Notes under the pieces: model-generated
Database searches by the model: none
What the model saw: only the letters and a program-made list of their open reading frames with translations
Told to the model about the DNA's origin: nothing
Made by a program: the position numbers and the translations under genes
Assembly: GCA_038087875.1 (NCBI GenBank)
Contig: JAXLNO010000186.1
Location: forward strand, 1 to 64,000
Direction of reading: 5' to 3'
DNA from: Malacoraja senta
Lineage: Eukaryota
DNA: 64,000 bases
Shown: positions 1 through 12,721 of the stretch, piece by piece
Layout of the letters: each line of letters opens with the position of its first letter
Numbering within the stretch: the stretch's first letter is position 1

Positions 1-245
1 CTCGGGGGGCGTGTTCTACTTCACTGTCGCGACATAAATGTTCAATAAAGTCCAGTGTGTTCTCCAGCTGTCTGTCTGTCCGTGGCTGCTTGTGGTGGTG
101 GTGGGGGGGGGGTGGTCACGGGCATTGCGGGGGGGGTCACCGGTATTGGGAGGGTGAGGGGTCACGGTCATTGGGAGGGGGGCCCAGTGGGACGCGCCGT
201 GGGAGGGGGTGGGAAGGTGCTTGGACATCCGTGACCGGGGAGAGC

Positions 246-548
246 GCGGACGGTGGTGTAGCGGTAGAGTTTCTGCCTCCCAGCGCCGGAGACCCGGGCT
301 CGATCCTGACTGCGGCTGTTGCCTGTACGGAGCTTGTAGGTTCTCCCCATGACCGCGTGGGTTTTCTCCGGGATCGCCGGTTTCCTCCCACACTCCAAAG
401 ACGTACATGTTTGCAGGTTAATTGGCTTGGTCAAATTGTAAATTGTCCTTCGTGTGTGTAGGATTGTGTTAGTGTGTGGGGATTGCTGGTCGGCGCGGAC
501 TCGATGGGCTAAAGGGCCTGTTTCCCCGCTGTATCTCTAAACTAAAGT
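246..548 (+). mobile_element. tRNA-derived SINE, HE1/V-SINE-like (representative copy)
   Basis: A-box/B-box-like head (ggtggtgtagcggtagag...gggctcgatcc), V-domain-like core gggttttctccggg...ggtttcctcccaca, and CR1-like tail gggcctgttt...ctgtatctctaaactaaa. The same family recurs throughout the window. Confidence 0.8.
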
Positions 549-1245
549 CAACTGAACCCGGAGCGCTGGAGAACGGACCGGGAGATTGTAACGTGTCTGG
601 GAGACAGAGAACCCGCCGCCCCGGAGCCCCGGCCCAGGCACATCCCCCGAGACACGATACATCCCCAATGCGGGATCTGGGATGAAAACCCACCCGCGAC
701 TCACTAACACGGACCGCGTCCCTTCGCACACGGAACCGGTCCCGTACACAAGGGTCCGGTCCGGTCCTCCCGGCGCCGGTCTCCCAACACCGAGGCCCCC
801 AGTTCCAACACGGGAGGGTCTGTGCTCGGGTCCGGTTCACACAGGGTGAAGACGCCAGTCCCCGCTCCTTGGAGACCAATGAACACCGTGGTTTTGTGAC
901 AATCCCGGCGCTTGCAGTCCCGTCACCGAGACTGGACTCTTTTTTATCTTCACAATCCACATTTATTCACCCGAATATAAAATGGCCTCTGCCGTGGAGG
1001 CAACAAAACACCTGCCTCTTAATCCAGTCGACAGAGAGAGAAATAAACCACATGTTTGCCTACATCGGTTGAAGCTTTCAGTATAAGCGTCAGTCAGCCC
1101 CGGGAGGGTGCGGGTGTGTGTGGTCCCGTCCGCGCTGGACATCTTGCAGTTTTATAACGTCTGGCAGTATTGGTAGAAAGAGATAGGATAAAGTGGACAT
1201 GCAGGGATAGGAAGGGTAGAGGACATGTGTTGATGTTGTCCATAT

Positions 1246-3480
1246 CAAGTCAACTCAAGTGATGTGTCCCTGATAGGACAATGAAATTCTTGCTTTGCTT
1301 CACCACACAGAACATAGAAGGCATTTACTACAAAACAGATCAGTGTGTCCATATACCATAATATAAATATATACACACGTGAATAAATAAACTGATAAAG
1401 TGCAAATAACAGATAATGGGTTATTAATAATCAGAGTTTTGTCCGAGCCAAGTTTAATAGCCAGATGGCTGTGGGGAAGTAGCTATTCCTGAACCTGGTC
1501 GTTGCAGTCTTCAGGCTCCTGTACCTTCTACCTGAAGGTAGCAGGGAGATGAGTGTGTGGCCAGGATGATGTGGGTCCTTGATGATACTGCCAGCCTTTT
1601 TGAGGCACGACTGCGATAAATCTCCTCGATGGAAGGGAGGTCAGAGCCGATGATGGACTGGGCAGTGTTTACTACTTTTTGTAGTCTTTTCCTCTCCAGG
1701 GCGCTCAAGTTGCCGAACCAAGCCACGATGCAACCGGTCAGCATGCTCTCTACTGTGCACCTGTAGAAGTTAGAGAGAGTCCTCCTTGACAAACCGACTC
1801 TCCGTAATCTTCTCAGGAAGTAGAGGCGCTGATGTGCTTTCTTGATAATTGCATTAGTGTTCTCGGACCAGGAAAGATCTTCAGAGATGTGCACGCCAAG
1901 GAATTTAAAGCTCTTGACCCTTTCAACCATCGACCCGTTGATATAAATGGGACTGTGGGTCCCCATCCTACTCCATCCAAAGTCCACAATCAGGTCCTTG
2001 GTTTTGCTGGTGTTGAGGGCCAGGTTATTGTGCTGGCACCATATGGACAGTTGCTCGATCTCTCTTCTATACTCTGACTCATCCCCATCAGTGATACGTC
2101 CCACAACAGTGGTGTCGTCAGCGAACTCGATGATGGAGTTCGCACTATGACCGGCTACGCAGTCATGAGTATAGAGTGAGTACAGCAGGGGGCTGAGCAC
2201 GCAGCCTTGAGGTGCTCCCGTGCTGATTGTTATCGAGACTGACACATTTCCACCAATACGAACAGACTGTGGTCTGTGAAGGAGGAAGTCGAGGATCCAA
2301 TTGCAGAGGAATGCGCAGATACCCAGTTCTGCGAGTTTGGTAACCAGCTTGGAGGGGATGATTGTGTTAAATGCCGAGCTGTAATCAATCAATAACAGCC
2401 TGACATATGAGTTGTCCAAGTGGTCCAGAGCAGAGTGGAGGGCCAGCGAGATCGCATCCACCGTTGATCTGTTGTGGCGGTAAGCGAACTGCAGTGGGTC
2501 CAGGTTTTTGTCGAGGTAGGAGTTGATTTGCTCCATGATCAACCTCTCAAAGCACTTCATCACCACGGCCGTTAGTGCCACAGGTCGATAGTCATTGAGG
2601 CACGTCACCTTACTCTTCTTGGGCACTGGTATAATTGATGCCCTTTTAAAGCAGGTGGGGACCTCAGATCTCTGAAGTGAGAGGTTGAAAATGTCCGTAA
2701 AAACTCCAGCCAGTTGGTCCGCACAGGTTTTTAGAATATGACCAGGTATACCATCAGGTCCAGGTGCAGGTTCACCCCTCTGACGGATTTCCTGACGTCG
2801 GCCTCTGTGACTGAGACTGAAATACCACACAGCGAATGGGGGCTCGGGAAGGCACATCGTTGTTCTCCCTATCAAAGCGTGCGTAAAACGCATTGAGCTC
2901 ATCAGGGAGTGATATTTCGCCGACATTCGAGCTGCCTCCTGGTTTCGCCTTGTGGGAGGTGATTGCATTCAGGCCCCGCCACAGCTGCCGAACATCTGTC
3001 TCAACCTTCAGTTTGGAGCAGGTCCCTTTTGGCCTTTTTGATGGCCTTACCAAGGTCGTATCTGGACTTCTTTTAGACCACTGTATCATCAGACATGAAT
3101 GCCCGGCGTCTGGTCTTCAGAAGAGTGCAGATCTCAAAGTTCATCCAAGGTTTCTGATTGGAAACACTCGGAAGGTTTTGGTGGGGATGCAGTCCTCCAC
3201 ACATTTCTTAATGAAGTCTGTAACGACTGTGGCGTATTCGTTCAAGTCCGTTGCCGAGTCCTTGAACATTGCCCAGTCTACAGACTCCAAACAGTCCTGT
3301 AGTTGTTCCTCTGCCCCCCTCCCCCCCCCCGCCCCCCGACCAGCTCTGTGCTGTCCTCACCTCTGGGGGTGCGCTCTATAATTGCTGCCTGTAGGCAGGA
3401 AGAAGCAGCACCGCGGTATGGTCGGATTTACCGAAGTGAGGGCGAGAGATGGAACGATAGGCATTCTTGATGGTGGACAT
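1246..3480 (-). mobile_element. Rex1/Babar-clade LINE, degenerate and 5'-truncated
   Basis: ORF 1511..2968 has [42 protein letters not shown] and [12 protein letters not shown]. Endonuclease end (PHFGKSDH) near 3400-3470. Frameshifts upstream, (ACTTG)n-type tail near 1250. Confidence 0.9.
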
Positions 3481-3649
3481 GCGGGGTGAGCTGGGGCCTG
3501 GACACGTGTTGCGGCTGAGTGGGTATTGGGCGGGGCGGAGTGGACAAGGGTGGAGCAGAGTGGACGGGGACAAGGTTACGCTGGGGCGGAGCAACGGACA
3601 TCAGGCGGGGCAGTTGTCAGTGGGTGGGGAAAAGTAGAAGGGACTGGGA

Positions 3650-3846
3650 AGAGTGGACAGGGGCGGGGCAGTGAGCAGTGGGCGGGGCATTGACCAGTGG
3701 GCGGGGTATTGACCTGTGGGCGGGACATTGACCAGTGGGCGGGGCTTTGTCCAGTGGGCGGGGCAGTGACCAGTGGGCGGGGCCAGTGACCAGTGGGCGG
3801 GGGCAGTGACCAGTGGGCGGGGCATTGACCAGTGGGCGGGGCAGAG
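3650..3846. repeat. 19-bp GC-rich minisatellite (gaccagtgggcggggcagt), about 10 copies
   Basis: Tandem units are directly visible, with degenerate flanking copies back to about 3480. Confidence 0.85.
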
Positions 3847-4012
3847 TGGACCGTGTAGGGATGAAGTCACTCCAGGTCTGGGCCCGGCAGCGACTTACAC
3901 GTTTGATTACTTTATTTGATCCAAGACCGCAAAACGGGATTGGCGCTTTCATTGCGCCGGCCACGGACTGTCACAATCTTCATTCACCACATCCGTCGGA
4001 CACCCGGGTCTC

Positions 4013-4590
4013 GGCGCGGGTGGCGCAGCGGCAGAGTTGCTGCCTTACATCGTCAGAGATCCGTGATCAATCACGTATACCGGTGCTGTCTGTACGGAGT
4101 TTGTATGTCTCTCCCGTGACCCCCTGGGTTTTCTCCGGGATCTTTGTTTTCCTCCCATACTCCCGTACAGGTTTGCAGGTTAATTGACTTGGAAACATTG
4201 TCAATTGTCCCTCGTGTGTGTAGGATAGTTTTGATTTTAGTTTAATTTAGAGATACAGCGTGGAAACAGGCCCTTCGGCCTACCGAGACCACGCCGACCA
4301 GCGGTCCCCTCACACTAACACTATCCTACACACACTGGGGTCATTTACAATTTTCTCAAGCCAATTTTCTACAAACCTGAACGTCATTGTGTTGTGTGGG
4401 AGGAAACCGGAGCACCCGGAGAAAACCCACGCAGGTCACGGGGAGAACGTGGGTCTGTGGCGCTGTAAGGCAGCAACTCCACAGCCCTTGTTAATGTTAA
4501 TTAATGATAGTGTAATACGTCACTGGTCAGTGCATTCTCGGTGGGCCGAAGGGCCTGTTTCCGCGCTGCATATCTAAACTGAACTAAACT
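4013..4590. mobile_element. Cluster of HE1/V-SINE-like SINEs (plus strand 4013-4230, minus strand about 4240-4480, tail 4530-4590)
   Basis: Same head, core and tail motifs as the 246-548 copy, in both orientations. Confidence 0.75.
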
Positions 4591-4604
4591 AAGGCAACGT
4601 CTGA

Positions 4605-4782
4605 AGACAGACACAAAATGCTGGAGTAACTCAGCGGGACAGGCAGCATCTCTGGAGAGAAGGAATGGGTGACGTTTCGAGTCGAGGCCCTTCTTCAGAC
4701 GGTCTCGACCCGAAGCGTCCGCCATTCCTTCTCCAGAGACGCTGCTTGAACCGATCAGTTCCTCCAGCATTTTGTGTCTATC
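4605..4782. mobile_element. Inverted pair of Penelope-like terminal repeats
   Basis: gacacaaaatgctggagtaactcagc...gacgtttcg...cttcttcag is followed by its reverse complement ggtctcgacccgaagcgtc...ctccagcattttgtgtc. Confidence 0.7.
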
Positions 4783-4787
4783 TTCGG

Positions 4788-5940
4788 TCTTGTGTCTGGA
4801 AGGTTTTCTGCTCCCTGGTTGGCTCCTCCGTCAGCCTCTCATCTTGGTTCCATCCACAATCTAATGACCAATCGGAGAGAGACAAACCAGGTCCCAGAGA
4901 CCACCCTACGTTGCCTGGTGTCCGCCAATCCTACCTTCTGGTCTAGTAAGTTGGTGTGGATTGAATATGTCCACAATTCCCGGCCCAGTTCTACCACCGG
5001 TCTGTCTCCATCCCACTGCTCCCGAGGTTACCAGCCACCTCTGTTCCCAGACCAAGAGGAGAAGGTCTCCGTTCCCTCTGCCCAGGAGTTTGTGCGCCGC
5101 GGTCGTCGGACCTGGAGGGAGGCCCGTTCTGCCCCGCTCCGCACCGCTTCCAGGTATAGACGACGGGCGGATCATCACCGGACCCCTGCCCCTCGCTACC
5201 GCCCTGGGCAGAGGGTCTGGCTGTCCACCCGAGACCTCGTCCTCCGCGTTGAGTCCCGTAAGTTGACGCCCCGGTTTATTGGTCCATTCACTGTTCTCAG
5301 AGTCATCAACCGCTCTGCTGTCCGCCTTAGACTGCCCCGGTCTCTGTGTATTCTCCCCACCTTCCATGTATCCCGGGTTAAGCCTGAATCTTCCAGCTCC
5401 CTGTGTCCCGCCCCTGTGCTAACTCCGCCACCCCGCATCATTGACGGTGGTCCCGCGTACATGGTGAAGCGACTGATGAAGTCCCGGCGGCGTGGCAGAG
5501 GCATCCAGTACCCGATTGACTGGGAGGGCTACGGACCAGAGGAGAGGAGCTGGATCCCTGCCCGTGACATCCTGGACCCTTCCCTCATCCGTGGTTTTCA
5601 TCAACAGCATCCGGATCAGCCTAGGAGGCCGCCAGGAGGTGTCCGTGGGAGGGGGGCTCCTGTCACACCTGCCACGTCTCCAGACAGTTGAGACTCTCCA
5701 CATCCCTCCCCTGATCTAATCATGAGTTACACCTGCATTCACTCTGCTGCCCTCATCAGTCAAGGGTTATATGCCTGCTGTCTACATTCACTCCCTGCCG
5801 ACTAATCCGTTCAGTATTCAGTCGGTTACCTTCGCGTTTGGATGTTGGTTTTCTCCAGGACTTGTCTCGTTGTCCCTGCATTCGAGTTTTCTCCATTCCT
5901 GAGAATCCTGACACGTTTAACTTGAGTCCCATTAGCTACA
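4788..5940 (+). mobile_element. Ty3/Gypsy chromovirus (sushi-like) remnant: integrase C-terminus, chromodomain, polypurine tract and 3' LTR
   Basis: ORF 4774..5691 has [10 protein letters not shown] (GPY/F region), [10 protein letters not shown] and chromodomain [32 protein letters not shown]. Purine tract gggagggggg lies just before TGTCA at 5661 (LTR start). The LTR right end is approximate. Confidence 0.85.
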
Positions 5941-6164
5941 ACTCATCAGTGGTTTGATTCATTCCAAATATATTGTTTCCCCCACAGTGAGGATGTTTAA
6001 GTTTAGATCCACGTTAGAATGAACTAAAGCAAGAATTTGCGCCGGTGTGGGTGCCCTTCAGTCTTGGTAAACTCCAGAATACTTAGCATTTACTGGGGCA
6101 GTTTTGCATTTTGTGTTAATTTTATTTGAAATCCACACAAAATGTATCCAAATTACTTACATGG

Positions 6165-6755
6165 AAGCATAGAAACATCGAAAATAGGTACATGAGTAGG
6201 CCATTCGGCCCTACAAACCAGCACCGCCATTCAGTATGATTGTGGTTGATCATCCAAAATCAGTACCCCGTTCCTGCTTTCTCCACATGTCCCTTGATTC
6301 CGTTTGCCCTAAGAGCTACATCTAACTCTCTCTTTAATGCATCCAGTGAATTGGCCTCCATTGCCTTCTGTGGCAGAGAATTCCACAGATTCATAACTCT
6401 CTGGGTGAAAACGCTTTTTCTCACCTCAGTCCTAAATGGCTTACCCCTTATTCTTAAAAGTTGACCCCTGGTTCTGGATTCCCCCAACAACAGGAAAAAA
6501 AATCTGCATCTGGCCCGTCCAATCCCTTAAGAATTTTATTTGTGTCTGTAAGATACCCTCTCATCCTTCTAAAATCCATTATATATAAGCCCAGACGACT
6601 TATTCTTTCATCATATGTCAGTCCCACCATACCGGGAATTAACCCGGTGAACTTACGCTGCACTCGCTCAATAGCAAGAATGTCCTTCCTCAAATTAGGA
6701 GACCGCAGCTCCTCACAATACTCCAGGTGTGGTCTCACCAGCACCCTGTACAATA
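6165..6755 (-). mobile_element. CR1 LINE 3' fragment
   Basis: LYRVLVRPHLEYC...FTQRVMNLWNSLP plus a CR1 3' UTR and tail. Confidence 0.85.
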
Positions 6756-7494
6756 GAGGAAAAGTGACAAGCAAAACTTGAATTCTCTAAATTCATTATA
6801 CCTTATTCAAGATAATTTATCAGACGTCTTCACTCTGATTTTAACCAGTGATGTTTATGTCTATTTGTAGTTACCTTATTTTACACAGTACTACACTACT
6901 GCGGATAGGAATTGTTTTTCACTACGAACAACTTTGCTGTTGAATGACAAATGTTGTAAATCTGAATTAGGACATTGAGTCAAAATATATTTCTTTAGTC
7001 ATATCTGGGCGGTGTTCGATGCATTGTTGATCAGAGCTGGCAATAGAACTGCTCTTGTAAATCGCGAGAGCATCCATTGGCTCACTGAAATGGCAAGTGA
7101 CCACCATGTTATATGTATGTGGGATAATTTCTGGTTTACTGTCAGATAGAAGATAAATGGAGCATGTTTAAATATGCACTATGGAGCAAATTATTCAGAA
7201 ATAGACACTGCGTTGCAGTAATTCATTGGGTCAGGGGACATCTCTGGAGTACACAAATACGCGGCATTTAGGGTCGGGACCTTCCTCAGACATTGCAGTG
7301 GGTGGGGGGGGGGGTGCGGGGAGGGGGGGGTGAAGCTGGAAGAGGACGTGTTACGGGCAAAGCCGGACAAATGACATGTGGATACAGGTTCGCAGTAGTT
7401 TGGATTGGTAGATGATTGCACAAAGGACAGAGATGATAACACAAACATTGAAGGACAAAGATAAAAGGGAAGCGAATCATTTGCACATCACGCA

Positions 7495-7890
7495 TGTAGT
7501 ATTAGACAGATGTGTTGCATCACGACCACATTCAGCAACGTGAACGCCCAGGTAACTCATATTTCGCCTGGGCAGTTACAACCAAGTGGTATGAATATTG
7601 ATTCATCTAACTTCAAGTAACCCCTGCATTTGCTCTCCCAACCCCCACCCAAGTCGCACCAGCTTCTCGTTCTCGCCTAGCAAATAGCTAACAATGTTCA
7701 CCGACTCACTTTTACTTATTAGCATATATTTCATTAATTTGTTCTAAAGCTCTCGACATCACCTTCTACATCTCTCGTTTCCCTTTCCCCCGACTCTCAG
7801 CCTGAAGAAGGGTAACGACCCGAAACGTCACATCCCCTCTCCACAGATGCTGCCTGTCCCGCGGAGTTACTCCGGCATTTTGTGTCAATT
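7495..7890 (+). mobile_element. Penelope-like 3' fragment with terminal repeat
   Basis: Degenerate end of the GIY-YIG ORF (ctcatatttcgcctgggcag...ggtatgaatattga), then ctgaagaagggtaacgacccgaaacgtc and the terminal ...ttactccggcattttgtgtc. Confidence 0.65.
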
Positions 7891-8309
7891 TCCGCCCAGG
7901 TGGAAGACATTTATAGATAATCGCAAAGACTCTCCGTTCCATTATTCCATCTCCATTTCAAGTTAGCTGTTCTGAGCGGTGTGCCGCACCTAGATGGATT
8001 TATGTGAATATTTACATAAGAAATAATTCAACAATTCAGAACAACGCTGGTTTCTTATCCGTTCTAAAATCTCTCCGAAATATCATTGTAACCGTTATTT
8101 TTGTTGTTTGTGTATCGCGTGTACATTCCGTATATTCACAATATGTATCCCTTTGGTATCGGTTTCATCAACTTGCGTTGAGCAATGTAACTCTAATAGT
8201 AACTGTAACCCCAGCAATTGTATCAGTGGATAACACCTGTAACAGTGGCCAGCACAATATAGACTTACATGGATTATTTAGTATTCTTCTCATCACACAG
8301 ACACAGACA

Positions 8310-8311
<2 letters not shown>

Positions 8312-8353
<42 letters not shown>

Positions 8354-8367
8354 TGTAATCTTTATGT

Positions 8368-8443
<76 letters not shown>

Positions 8444-8755
8444 CCTCCCTCTCTCTCTCTCTCTCTCTCTCTCGCTCTCTCATTTCCCCCTCTCTCACCT
8501 CTCTCTGCTTACTCTCTCCCCCTCTCGCTGCCTCCCCCCTCTCTACCCCCTCTCTCCCTTTCACCTCTCTCTCCCCCTCTCTCTCCCGTTCTCTCTCTCC
8601 ACTCACTCTCTCCCCTCTCCTTCCTCCCCCCTCCCTCTCTATCTCTCCCATTCTGTCTAACCCCCTGTCCCCCTCTTTCCCAGCTCTCTCTGCCCTCTCC
8701 CTCCCCCCTCTCTCGCACCCCTCTCTCGCACCCCTCTCTCGCACCCCTCTCTCTT
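8312..8755. repeat. (GA)n followed by (CT)n and a CT-rich low-complexity tract
   Basis: Directly visible microsatellite. Confidence 0.95.
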
Positions 8756-9680
8756 GAAGGATTCGCAGGGCAAAAAGGCTTTTGGCACATTGGCCATCAG
8801 TCAGAGTATTTACTATAGACGTGTCGAGGTCATTTTGTAATTGTTGGTGATGTTGGTGAGGCAGCATGTAGAGTGTTCGTTCAGTTCTGGGCACCATTTT
8901 ACTGGAAATATGTTGTCAAGCTGGAAAGTGTACAGAGAACATTCATGACGATGTTGTCAGGACAAGAGGGTCTGAGCTACAGGGAGAGGCCGAGTTGGCT
9001 GGGAATTTATTTGTTGGAGCGCAGGACGATGAGGTGTATAACATCACAAGAGGATAGATCGGGGAGATGCACAGAGTCGCTTGGGTGGTGGGTGTATTGA
9101 ACAAGCTGTCAGAGGAGGGAGTTGAGGCTGGACAATCCCAAAATGTAATAAACAGTTAGACAGTTACATGTATAGGACAGGTTCGGAGGAATATGGACCA
9201 AATGCGGCAGGTGGGACTAGTGGAGCTGGGACATGTTGGCTGGCGTGGGCAAGTTGGGCCGAAGGGCCTGTTTCCATGCTGTATCAAACTATGCCTATGA
9301 CTCTACGATTCCGCTATTCTGCGAATGCAGATGTCCTTACAGAATATTCCGTTTATCCGTTTACTTTTTAAAGACTGTAGAGAGGCCACAGTTTAAGAAT
9401 AAAGGGTAAGCCATTTGGAACAGAGATGAGGAAAAACGTTCTCACACAGAGGGTTGTGAATCTGTGGAATTCTCTGCCTCAGAAGGCAGTGGAGGCCAAT
9501 TCTCTGGATGCTTTCAAGAGAGAGTTGGATAGAGCTCTTAAAGATAGCGGAGTCAAAGGATATGTGGAAAAGGCAGGAACGGGGTACTGAGGGTGGATGA
9601 TCAGCCATGATCACAGTGAATGGCGTTGCTGTCTCGAAGGGCCGAATGGCCTACTCGTATACATATTGTCTATTGTCTAT
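8755..9680 (+). mobile_element. Two adjacent CR1 3' fragments of different subfamilies
   Basis: VQFWAPFY...LESVQRTF in the first. The second has agaataaagggtaagcc...gtggaattctctgcctcag and a (ttgtcta) tail. Confidence 0.75.
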
Positions 9681-11317
9681 TGAGAGTCCCACAAAGGAAA
9701 TGCCTTGAATGTTTAGATTAATTGAATAATACAGCATGGTTGAAAATCCCCTTTGACCCACCGAGTCCACCGCGACCATCGATCATTCATTCATAATAGT
9801 TCCATGTTATCGCACTTTCTCGGTCTCACCATGCGCACCAGGGGGAATTTATAGAACCCAATCAATCAACAAACCCGCACTCTTAGGGAAGTGCGAGGAG
9901 CCGAAGCTCCCGGAGGAAACCCACGCGGTCATAGGGACAAACCCCACAGACAGCACCCGAGATCAGAATCGAACCCGGGTCTCTGACGCCGTGTGAGTCG
10001 TCTACCAGCCACGTCACAGTTTTATTTGTTAGAATTGACGAACAGAAGTCTAACAGAAACACCAGCGCAATAATCAGGCGATGGGCAATGATGGTCCAGT
10101 TTTATACTGCCATCATAGAGTCTGTCCTCACCTTCTCCATTATGGTCTGGTCTGGCTCAGCCACCAAGCACGACATCCGGAGGCTGCAGCGTATCGTTCG
10201 ATCAGAAGGTTGTTGGCTGCAACCACAGCCGCCACAGACATAAAAACAGCTTTATTTCCACGAGCAGCAGCTGTACTTAACAGCAAAATGTCTGTAGCCT
10301 CCTTTTGCTCTGGTATTTTATTTTATTCTTCCTTGAATGTATACATACTTGACAAAAAATGTATTGCATACTATTCAATGTTGTGGCTTTCGGCTGCTCT
10401 AACATCAGTTCCAGCCCGCATTAGTTGGAGGATGTCTCGCCGTGCAGCGCAGCAGGAGATAAAGAACACCTTACTTGAATATTGTTTGTAATATTATATG
10501 ACGCGCATGTCGCATCCACGAATCACTCATTTCCTTATTATCCACACCCCCCCCCCCACCCCCCCACTTCTTTCCCGCTTTACATTCCGCCTCTGCTCCT
10601 ATCTCTAATCTGCCACCCTGGTCCGTTTTTCACCTCTAGCCTTTGTCATTAACAGGCTCGATCTCGCCCCCACTTGCTCTCCAGCTTTCTTCAATCAATT
10701 TGAAGAAGGTAACCGACCCGAAACGCCGCCTGTCTATTCCCTTCACAGGCGCTGCCTGACCTGTTGTTTTCTTCACTGGGCACGGAGAGGGGGTTCCGCC
10801 TGCCTGAGTTGGGGGACAAGTGAGATTTTGCATCTTGCATGGTTGCTGCACCAGATGGAGGGGCGTGTTTAAGATAACCCCGGGTAGCTGCTCTGGATTA
10901 AGGAGGTCAGCGCATTAAAAAAAAAAATCTTGGTATTTGTTTGTTAGCCGATTTAGAACAGTCAAAGATATTTTCATAATTTTGTTAGTGACGTCTTATT
11001 ATGACAAACTTCATTTTTATATTTTCAACAATCAGAAGCATGTTGAATTGGCTTTTCGCAATACCAGTCCCATAACGTCGCCAGAATGGATCCACCATCC
11101 GCCCCCTTGGTCACCATCCGCTTTGATTTCTGGAATCTCATTTGCAAGGTGTTCAGTTTTCTTCCATGTGTTCCAACAGTTTGTAACACTGAAGTGCATA
11201 GATCAAACACAATTCGGCCTCATCAGATTATTAATGTTCCTTAAAGTATTCTTTTTCAATTCTTGCTGTTCATTTCGGAAACATTCTCGAAGTTAAATGG
11301 GATGTCAGTTTGTGAAG

Positions 11318-12721
11318 TCATTTAATATGGTCGGCTACTTTCGCAACGAGAACCACAGGTAATTTGATTACATTTTTCAATTCTTCTCTGAATTTTCTCT
11401 GAGACACAACATATATAAAGGTGTTCGTGCAAGACCTCAAAAACTTCAGCATATACCCCGAGAGCTCCGCAATGCTGAAGGGCTCGTTGTAATTTGCTTC
11501 CAAAAATTGTGTCAGTGAATTGTACGCATATGAAACATATTAAATTAACATAGAAACATAGAAAATAGGTGCAGCAGGAGGCCATTCGGCCCTTTGAGCC
11601 AGCACCGCCGTTCATTGTGATCATGGCTGATCGTCCCCAATCAATAACCCGTGCCTTCCTTCTCCCCATATCCCCTGGTTCCACCAGCCCCGAGAGCTCT
11701 ATCTAACTATTTCTTAAATCCATCCAGTGATATGGCCTCCACTGCCCTCTGTGGCAGGGAATTCCACAAATTCACAACTCTCTGGGTGAAAAAGTTTCTT
11801 CTCACCTCAGTCTTAAACGGCCTCCCCTTTATTCTAAGATCCTGGTTCTGGACTCGCCCAACATTGGGAATTGTTTTCCTGCATCTAGCTTGTCCAGTCC
11901 TTTTATAATTGTATATGTTTCTATACAGTAAGAACCCCCCCCCTCGTCCTTCTAAACTCCAGTGAATACAAGCCTAGTATTTTTAATATTTCCTCATATG
12001 ACAGTCCCGCCATCCCAGGGAACAATCTCGTGAACCTACGTTGCACAGCCTCAATCACTTAACCACCCACAAGAGGATGAAACTGCCGGATAGGGCGAGT
12101 AGCAAGACTATGTATTTCCTACGGTTCTCCGTCTCTGGGTCTGTGTTTCGCAGTACTGCTGTTTCCTCGTACACCGTTCCTCACTCGATTAGCCAGTATA
12201 ATGTGTCTGATGGTCAGGGAATTTAGCAGCAAATGGGGCCAATATCGTTTCCACCCGCAGAAAAACTGTCCAAACGTGTAATGTTTAGAAGCTTGATTTT
12301 ACATAGCACGCCCACTCCACGTTATCAATTACCTCCCGAGTTTCGTATATGAACTAGTATGGGATGTTTTCTACAATGCTGGAGCACAGCACCACCACTA
12401 TAACTACAGTCGCATTCCTTTCAGTGCAATATCTTGCTCGTAAGGATTGGTGGCAAATAGCAACGTAACGATCGAAAGTGAATGCCACAGTTAACCAGAC
12501 GGAGCAGTGAAGGGAAACGAACAGTAAGGTGAGATTAACTTTACAAACGGAAGTGTGATTGAAGAATGAATATGGGAAATATCCATTGATTATCTGGTAT
12601 AAGCTGACGTGAAATGTAAGAACCATTAAGTCAGTGACTGCCATCCCCAGCAGATAACGAGTGATGCATTTGGAGAGACCGCAATGTCCACGGAACAGAA
12701 TAACGATTGCAACCAAATTAG
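11318..12721 (-). pseudogene. GPR139-like: GPR139/GPR142-like orphan class A GPCR, main coding exon, disrupted
   Basis: Acceptor tttgtcttttgcag|CT at 12721. NLVAIVIL...CITRYLLGMAVTDL...CSVWLTVAFTFDRYVAIC, TM6 region ENRRKYIVLLLALSGSFILLW, and TM7/C-terminus SCTNTFIYVVSQRKFREEL. In-frame TAG at 12354-12356, further stops and frameshifts, and a CR1 insertion. Confidence 0.85.
11549..12055 (-). mobile_element. CR1 3' fragment inserted into the GPCR coding exon
   Basis: catagaaacatagaaaataggtgcag (reverse complement of the CR1 tail) through gaacctacgttgcacagcctcaat. GPCR sequence resumes on both sides. Confidence 0.9.

Noticed and set aside
246..320. tRNA genes
   Set aside because: The A/B-box-like heads belong to SINEs; no full cloverleaf was seen.
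550..1170. CpG-rich segment with a minus-strand AATAAA near 962-967 (possible gene 3' end or LTR)
   Set aside because: No recognisable protein, splice structure or second copy in the window.
8004..8897. ERERER/LSLSLS ORFs and a possible (GA)n/(TC)n hairpin
   Set aside because: Microsatellite translation; a common feature with no sign of function.
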